Source of the DNA: Sedimentisphaerales bacterium | Lineage (GTDB): Bacteria; Planctomycetota; Phycisphaerae; Sedimentisphaerales; SM23-30 | Assembly (NCBI GenBank): GCA_963663965.2 | Contig: CAXXFK010000010.1 | Span: 249,593 to 313,592, forward strand | Direction: 5' to 3' | Length of the DNA stretch: 64,000 nt | Shown: in pieces, positions 54,304 to 61,333 of the stretch | Layout: every line of letters starts with the position of its first letter | How positions within the stretch are numbered: the first letter of the stretch is position 1 | Notes under the pieces: model-generated | What the model saw: the letters and a program-made list of their open reading frames with translations, nothing else | Database searches by the model: none | What the model was told of the DNA's origin: nothing | Made by a program: the position numbers and the translations under genes

Positions 54304-54618
54304 TTGGCTTCGTTTCGTTTTATGTTGGTATTCGCTGCGCTCATGGCTGGTTTTATCTTTCGCCTCCGGTGCGAAATCCTGTCGGTACGCCTCTACGAGG
54401 CGTGGGTTAAAATTTTAATTTTACGTTTGTTACCCAGGGTGGCGCTCATCCCGTTTTACGGGACTCGCTCTACCCTGGGCTATTTTATGCCGGCCCGTTG
54501 GGCTGCTTTTGGTATCCGCCGGAGGCGGATGATGTTTTTATCTTTCGTTATGTCAATTCAAATTTGAGACTCACAAGGCGATAAATCCACCCACAAGCTG
54601 CGCTTGAAGGTGGCACCC
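54304..54618. repeat. Multi-hairpin repeat unit 1
   Basis: Shares GTTGGTATTCGCTGCGCTCATGG, ACGCCTCTACGAGGCG, ATCCGC..GCGGAT and CAAG.TGC.CTTG blocks with units 2 and 3. Confidence 0.9.
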
Positions 54619-54670
54619 ATAACGGTATAAACATTTGATATTGATAAGGTTATGGTGATGTTTTTTGTCA

Positions 54671-54986
54671 TTGGGTTTGTTTCGTTTTGTGTTGGTATTC
54701 GCTGCGCTCATGGTTATTTTATCTTTCGCCTCCGGTGCGAAATCCTGCAGGTACGCCTCTACGAGGCGTGGGTTAAAAAATATACGTTTCGGGTTCGGGT
54801 ATTCCCGCCAATGAATTGGCGGGCTATGCGCTTTTGATCTCCTCCTGAGGCGGACCTGCGGTCTTCGAGATATTATTTGAATCCGCCTTGAGGCGGATGT
54901 TGTTTTTATTGTTGATAAGCTCAGTTCACATTGGAGTTCACAAGGCGACGAATCCACCCACAAGCTGCGCTTGAAGGGTGCCACCC
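54671..54986. repeat. Multi-hairpin repeat unit 2 (tandem, 367-bp period)
   Basis: Direct repeat of unit 1 with a different central hairpin module. Confidence 0.9.
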
Positions 54987-55009
54987 GGCACACAGCTTAA
55001 CCCCCAAAA

Positions 55010-55303
55010 ATGCGCAGAGAGGTTCTGCGGGCGTGGGCGATTGGGGCGGGGCACGCCGTGGTTGGTCGGGTGGTTCGGGGGCTTTTTAGTCGACTTTGGG
55101 ATTATAGACCGAGTTGCAATTAAAATCAAATTAAATATTATGTTTTTATTTTATTTAACATAATATTTATGGGTTTATGTTTATGTGACAGATTAGTATT
55201 AGAAGGAAAATTCGTCTGACAGATTCTTAATAGTCTATTTTTTAATGATTTATGTTGATTTCAGGAGTTGTCAACAAAATAATATACACTGTGTTTAATA
55301 AAG
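55010..55303. repeat. Non-coding control block, copy 1
   Basis: Colinear similarity to 59760-60051. Confidence 0.88.
55101..55129 (-). promoter_or_regulatory. Sigma70-like promoter pointing into the repeat units
   Basis: Minus-strand TTGATT-17 nt-TATAAT. The TATAAT is conserved in copy 2 (59851-59856). Confidence 0.6.
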
Positions 55304-55376
55304 CCAAAACGAGATTGAACCTGCGTATAAAATTGGACGATCTAAAGACTGCCTCTGATTCGCAGTATTCGACGAG

Positions 55377-55673
55377 GTGAATATGGAAGAGACGGGTCCG
55401 TCTTCGCAAAAAAAGACGATCGAGCAAAGTATTCTCGACGCACGCCAACACATGGTTAGTGTAGCTGAAGCGGAACAGGAACTCGGGAATGGTATCAGTA
55501 AGGATACAGATTGGCTCGATCTCAAACGACAGATCCTTGCTACGGACGAGTTATGGTATTTCAATACGCCCGAAGCAACCTGGACCCGGGCTATACCCCG
55601 ATGCGGCATGGAGGGATACGCTCTCGTTCGAGGCGGATGTGTGGTCGCTGAGTATTTTTTGTCGATGAGTTAG
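55377..55673 (+). CDS. Small hypothetical protein
   Basis: GAGGTG RBS before the ATG at 55383 and DELWYF...W...G.EGYALVRGG motif. Confidence 0.7.
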   Translation: MNMEETGPSSQKKTIEQSILDARQHMVSVAEAEQELGNGISKDTDWLDLKRQILATDELWYFNTPEATWTRAIPRCGMEGYALVRGGCVVAEYFLSMS

Positions 55674-56162
55674 TCCGCGTGGGCAGTGCCCCCACACAAA
55701 TTGTATTACTGGTTAATACTTAGATATTTATTATGATTATCGGATGTATCAACAAAATAATATACACTGTGTTTTGAAATGACACCTGTTTTTATAAGGA
55801 TAGCAAAGTAGCCGCCGTGCTGATAAGAGGGGAAAAGGGGACATTCTGTTTTCTTTCCTGCCATCGCCTTTTTCAGGATTAAACTTACAGTCATTATGCC
55901 AAGGAAAGCCCGGGCCAATCGCATAGCGTGAGTACCGTTAGGATGAGGCATGTAGTATTCAACAGATTTAAACTAATAAAATATTTCATGGTGACAGTTG
56001 ATGAGATACAAGATCATAAAATTTGTGATTCTATTTATTATTCTTGCCATTATCATACCACCATTTATAGGCCTGGTATTAAATAGTCATCATTCTATTC
56101 GAAAAAACAAATATCTTGCTACATTTAATGTATCACAAATTGATAATGGAGTTGATTTTAAA

Positions 56163-57487
56163 GGTTCTTCCGAAAAATGAGTAGTTAATGTTGCAAAAAG
56201 AGAGACATGACTTTACTGTTTGAGGAAAAAAATAAAACCTCATATTAGGAGCTAAAGTCATGTCCACAAGTATGTTGTATCATACTTTTGGTGTTCGAGG
56301 TGTTCAATACCAAAAGACAGAATATTTTTGCGGGCAAGAGCGTGATTCACGGCATCTTGCCGGCGGATAGTCTGCGTTGCCCTTGTTGTAACTCCCGTAA
56401 TTTCATTTACTTCGGTCACAAGGCCCGGAGGTTTGCCATGGTACCCGCCGGTCTGCGTCAAATGGAGTTGCTTGTCACTATTCCCCGATTGAAATGTCTG
56501 GCGTGCGGGGCCATTCGTCAGCCTCATCTGCCATTTGCCGACCCCAAGAAGCATTACACCCATGCGTTGGAACGGTATGTCATCGATTTATGTCAGGCGG
56601 CTTCCCTGCAAGAGGTGGCCCGACGGACCGGCTTAAGCTGGGATACCATCAAATCGATTCATAAGTCCTGGCTAGGTCGACGGTACCGAAAGATTTCCCT
56701 GAAAAAGGTTCGTTATCTGGGGATTGACGAATTGTATCTGGGCAGGAAAAGCAAATACATCTCGCTGGTAACCGACCTGGAAAGCGGACAAATCTTGCAT
56801 ATCGGCCAGGGCAAAGGCCAAGAGGCCCTGGTGGGATTCTGGGGGCGTGTCCGACGCAGCCGGGCGGTGATTGCCGCGGTGGCTACCGATATGGCCAGTG
56901 GTTTTATGACCAGTGTCCTGAAAGAACTGCCGCAAGCCAAACTGGTGCTGGACCATTTTCATCTGGTCAAATGGTTTAACGACAAACTGACCAGTTTACG
57001 CCGGGATTTGTACCGGGAGGCCGATACCATGGGCAAAGCGGTACTTAAAGGCAGCCGCTGGCTGCTGCTCAAAGCGCCGGAGAACCTTAAATCCCATGCC
57101 GATAGCGCCAAAGATGAACGGCACCGGTTGCAGGAGGCTCTGCAACTCAACCAGCCGCTGGCCACCGCCTATTACATGAAAGAACGGCTCCGTCTCCTTT
57201 TTGATGCGATCACGGCTCCGCTGGCTGAACAGGAACTTAAACGCTGGATCAGCCAGGCGCAAACCAGCGGGATTCGGATCCTGCTGGATGCCGCCAAACA
57301 ACTGCAACTCTGGAAACCCTTCCTGCTCAATTGGTATGACCATCCCATCAGCACCAGCAAAGTCGAAGTCAATAACCGTAAAATCGGCCTCCTGCAACGA
57401 ATGGCTCATGGCTACCGCGATCAGGAATACTTCTATCTCCGGATCCATCATATCCATAACCAAAACTACTCATTAACCGGATGAGCC
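56163..57487 (+). mobile_element. ISL3-family insertion sequence (1325 bp)
   Basis: Imperfect terminal IRs GGTTCTTCCGAAAAATGAGTAGTT / GGCTCATCCGGTTAATGAGTAGTT. 8-bp TSD ATTTTAAA at 56155-56162 and 57488-57495. Confidence 0.95.
56260..57484 (+). CDS. ISL3 transposase (apparent frameshift near 56325-56329)
   Basis: CPCC...CLAC zinc finger, LGIDE, ATDM, DHFHLV, VEVNNRKI and AHGYRD. The RBS-led start MSTSMLYHTFG is out of frame by one base. Confidence 0.9.
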
Positions 57488-58417
57488 ATTTTAAATTCAA
57501 ATTAAACGCTATAGCATCTCGCATCCTGCATGACAGGGCGCCTCACATCTTAATAGTATTTCCTGAAGATGAGACAAAATATAACTATATGGAATTTCGA
57601 CAGGATTGGCCTTTAGTAATCAATATGGAAATCTGTGAATCTGATACTGGAAATGTCGTATTTAATTCTGATTTAGATAAAAATCATATGGTTGTAACGA
57701 ATTGGCATGAACCTCATTTCTCTGTTATGTTAGAATGGCGGGAGCTATCTCCAAATTTCATATTCAAACCCGAAAAGCAATATACGGTTATAATGAAAGT
57801 TGTTCAACCCTATGTTGAGATGGGAAAAGCTGATATTTATCTCCATTGGTTGGAGTGAAAAATTTGAGGTTTGCCGATACGGAAAAGATCACTGCAAGGG
57901 ATTTTGATGGATTGAAGCTTGATCCATTTCCATGCCCATAATTAATAAAGCGGTGTTATTGCTCTGATATTTACTATTTATAATCATAAACACCAAACTC
58001 ACGTGATTTGTAAAGTCCGGGTAAGATTGGTTTTATTTCACCGGTCGAGTAGACGAACATTTTTGTTTGTTGGCTATTTTACGCGGATTTTCAAACGGGG
58101 GTGTTTGTATTACTATTATCCATCATAATATTACTATTAGCCATTTTCATTTAATCGTATTTTGATATGATAAAATATTGATATTAGCAGATTGAGGGAT
58201 TTTCGAAATCAACCAACCTCGACAATCCATTGAAAGGGTTGGCTGCGGCGAGGTGGATCTTTGGCCTTGCGGCCAGTTCGCGTGGGCAGCGATCGTCCTA
58301 CTTTGCTGCTTACATTTTCGCTCGGTTTCGTCATGAAAATTATTTTGTCAGGCGCTCTTGAAAAAGCGCTTATTAACGAAGTCAAACAATCATCGCATCC
58401 TGTCAAAAAGGAAAAAA

Positions 58418-59287
58418 ATGTCATTTTCCAGAAAAGCATTTACGTTGATCGAGTTGCTGGTTGTGATATCGATTATCGCGTTGCTGGTCGCGATTCTGCT
58501 GCCGGCGTTGAACAAGGCTCGCGAACAGGCGAAAATAACCGTGTGCGCCAGTAATCAGCATCAGTTGATAATCGGGGTCATTACCTATAGCGCGGACAAC
58601 GATGGTAAACTGCCGCCGCCGTCGTCTAATGTGGCCCGACCCTGTCTGCTGGCGAGAAACAAGGCGGCGACCGACGATTATCAGTATCGGTACCTGGGTA
58701 AATATTTGCAGGATGTCAGTATCTTCATGTGTCCGGTCTCAGGCTTTTCTTCTGACATGACAAAAGTGGTTGGCGGTGTGGCATACACGTATCAGCAATT
58801 GTACGAGAATATCGATGACTGGTTCAGCAAATACAGCGATGATTTCTATTGTTCCTACAACCTGTTCTGGAATTACAGCCGATTTGCCGACCCGGCTCTG
58901 GCGGCTTATAACACAGACAATAATCCGGATACTCGTATTCCATCGCGTGCTTTCAAAGGTCCCAGTAAGGAGTCCAAAAATCAATTGCTGGTTTGTGACG
59001 CCTTTAACTTTTCCGGGCAGCTTTCTCCGGGGAATACCTGGTACAGTACGCATAACTTCAAGGGCGGCAGTAAGCAGACAATCGATGGGTTTCCATACTA
59101 TGCCGGCGCGAGCGGGGTCGGCAGTCCAACAGATCTGGATACTGACGGTAACCTGCAGAAAGTCAAACTGAATGCCGGGTATCTGGATGCCAGTGTGAGG
59201 CCATATATATCGGGCGATACTGTCGGCCAGTATGCCGTCAGCGGCTGGGCGTTGACATTCATTCCTCCTATACAAGAATGGAAATAG
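58418..59287 (+). CDS. Prepilin-type N-terminal cleavage/methylation protein (DUF1559-like)
   Basis: KAFTLIELLVVISIIALLVAILLPALNKAREQA, CASNQHQ and terminal NAGYLDASV. Confidence 0.92.
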   Translation: MSFSRKAFTLIELLVVISIIALLVAILLPALNKAREQAKITVCASNQHQLIIGVITYSADNDGKLPPPSSNVARPCLLARNKAATDDYQYRYLGKYLQDVSIFMCPVSGFSSDMTKVVGGVAYTYQQLYENIDDWFSKYSDDFYCSYNLFWNYSRFADPALAAYNTDNNPDTRIPSRAFKGPSKESKNQLLVCDAFNFSGQLSPGNTWYSTHNFKGGSKQTIDGFPYYAGASGVGSPTDLDTDGNLQKVKLNAGYLDASVRPYISGDTVGQYAVSGWALTFIPPIQEWK

Positions 59288-59438
59288 CGACAAAGAGTAT
59301 CTGTTTTGATTGGTTTTTCTCAATGACTGGGAATTTATCAATGCATGTTGACGACGAAAACGGTTGTTATTACCATCAGGGGACATGAGAGGTTGATGGA
59401 ATTTTAATTTCATAGTGAAAAGAAGTTCCTACTTTGAA

Positions 59439-59748
59439 ATCGTTTTGTATTGGTATTCGCTGCGCTCATGGTTGGTTTTATCTATCTCTTTTGCGAGATA
59501 TCCTGTCGGTACGCCTCTACGAGGCGCGGGTAAAAAAATTTAATTTCATATTCGTTACCCAGGGTGGCGCTCATCCCGATTCATCGGGACTCGCTCTGCC
59601 CTCATAGGCTGTTTTATGCCGGCCCGTTGGGCCGCTTTGGGTATCCGCCTGCCAGCGGATGTTGTTTCGATATTTTGTTAAGCTCGATTCAAATTGTTGG
59701 AATCCACAAGGTAAGGTAATAAATCCACCCCCAAGTTGCACTTGAAGG
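59439..59748. repeat. Multi-hairpin repeat unit 3
   Basis: Diverged copy of unit 1 with compensatory stem changes. Confidence 0.88.
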
Positions 59749-59759
59749 CGCTACGGACT

Positions 59760-60051
59760 ATGCGCAGAGGGGCTCTGCGGGCGTGGCCGGTTGGGACGGG
59801 ACACGCCGGGGGTTGGCGGGTGGTTCTGAGGCTATTCAGTCGACTTTGGGATTATAGGCCGGGTTGCAATTAAAAGAAAATTAAATATTATGTTTATATA
59901 TTTTATAACAAAATATTTGTAGTTTTATTTTTTTCGGCAGATTATATTAGAAGGAAAAATCGTCTGTCTTGTTCTTAATGTTTTATCGGTTAAAGAATTA
60001 TGTTGATTTTGGATGATGTCAACAAAATAAAGGTCACTGTGTTTTATAAAG
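59760..60051. repeat. Non-coding control block, copy 2
   Basis: Colinear similarity to 55010-55303. Confidence 0.88.
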
Positions 60052-60280
60052 ACCCGGACGAATACCGTTCACCTGGATACCAGTCCAGTCTCACTCAAGG
60101 GAATTGGTTTTCTCTTCAATTCTATCTGAACCGCTCTATGACCTGAAAAAAGCACTCATCCACATCTGGTTATCTGACAAGCCATTATATCATAATATAA
60201 AATTTATTTTGAAAGCGAGTTTTGCCTGGATATATTTATGATATAGTATGTCATTTATATATCCAATACTGGAGGAAAAT

Positions 60281-61105
60281 ATGAGAACCAAAAGTCTGAT
60301 CGTCTGTTCATGCCTATTGATGGTTGCCACCTATACTTTTGCCATGCAGGCCGGTCCCCAGGTAGTCTGGCAGGAGAATTTTGATAATGAGCCCTGTGCC
60401 GGGTGCGGCAATGAGCGGGGAAACTGGATCTCTTCGGGTGGATTTTATTACAGCCTGAGTCCCAATAACTGGCCCCCCACCTATACTTCATTTCCACCGA
60501 ATCTGCGCGATTTTACCATGGAATGCGATATCAAAGGGACATCGGACGGCGGCATCTGGCTGCGAAGTCATTACGACAATAACACCGTTACCGGCGTTTT
60601 GCTGGTCACCGGAGGCGATGGACGCACATTTGACGGTTTTTACTGGCATACCCTGTCCGGCGATGCGTATTTTCCGCAGGTCAACCGCGCGGAATATTAC
60701 CCGGTGCAGGGCGCGGATATTCATCTGCGAATTGTCGTACAGGGCAATCATTATGAAGCCTATGTCAATGGTTCGGAAACCCCCATCACCACGCTGGATG
60801 TTGAAGGGTACCCCTGCGGCAAGGTTGGTCTGTACAGTTATTCCGGCCAGACATTTGATAATATCGTTATTTACGCCGAGCAGGGATCCTGTGATCTTAC
60901 CGGTGATTGTATGACCGATCTGGAAGATGTGGCCATCCTATCGAGCCAATGGCTCTTGCAAGAATGCCAGGGCCGTCTCTGGTGTCATCAGGCAGACATT
61001 AACCTGAACGGACTGGTTGAGATGGATGACTTGCTGTTGCTGATCGATCACTGGCTGGTGAGCGAACCGGATATTCGCTATTCGCAGACTTTAAAAATAC
61101 CTTGA
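60281..61105 (+). CDS. Secreted beta-sandwich (DUF1080/LamG-like) protein with dockerin-like C-terminus
   Basis: GGAGG RBS, signal peptide, GKVGLY...FDNIVI and duplicated DLTGD..DLED / ADINLNG.V..DDL. Confidence 0.75.
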   Translation: MRTKSLIVCSCLLMVATYTFAMQAGPQVVWQENFDNEPCAGCGNERGNWISSGGFYYSLSPNNWPPTYTSFPPNLRDFTMECDIKGTSDGGIWLRSHYDNNTVTGVLLVTGGDGRTFDGFYWHTLSGDAYFPQVNRAEYYPVQGADIHLRIVVQGNHYEAYVNGSETPITTLDVEGYPCGKVGLYSYSGQTFDNIVIYAEQGSCDLTGDCMTDLEDVAILSSQWLLQECQGRLWCHQADINLNGLVEMDDLLLLIDHWLVSEPDIRYSQTLKIP

Positions 61106-61333
61106 ATTCAGGCTGGCATGGATGTGCGCCGGCTGGATTGGTGGCCGGAGATCATGGTTATGACATGCCCCGGTTTGAATGATCCGCAATCCAAGATAGA
61201 ATAAACACGCAAAATCAGTTGGCCTTGAAACACGTTTTTTAGCCCGGATATCTGGATACCCGGCGTGCAATGGGCCAAGATTCTCGTTTATAACGCTTCG
61301 GTCTCCCAATCCATATTGAGAAGAAGCGCGATA

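Larger units (their letters stand above)
56001..57858 (+). pseudogene. AT-rich membrane-anchored hypothetical gene interrupted by ISL3
   Basis: Removing the IS and one ATTTTAAA copy joins ...NGVDFK to FKLNAIASR... in frame. Confidence 0.85.

Noticed and set aside
54304..54986. CRISPR array interpretation of the repeats
   Set aside because: Units are about 315 bp and imperfect, there is no 25-45-bp repeat/spacer periodicity, and there are no cas genes.
54301..55163. ORF-track ORFs overlapping the repeats (54301-54567, 54571-54993, 54652-54837, 54938-55129, 54978-55163)
   Set aside because: Frames are not preserved between copies (indels), there are no RBSs, and they are best explained as chance ORFs in skewed repeats.
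55297..57900. Integron cassette array
   Set aside because: No intI gene and no convincing attC (RYYYAAC...GTTRRRY with L boxes) found by eye.
58225..58320. Partial resemblance to a c-di-GMP-I riboswitch on the minus strand (GCAAA...GGCCGCAAGGCC...CAGCC)
   Set aside because: I could not build the P1/P2 pairing or GNRA loop, and there is no downstream gene on that strand. An Infernal search would settle it.
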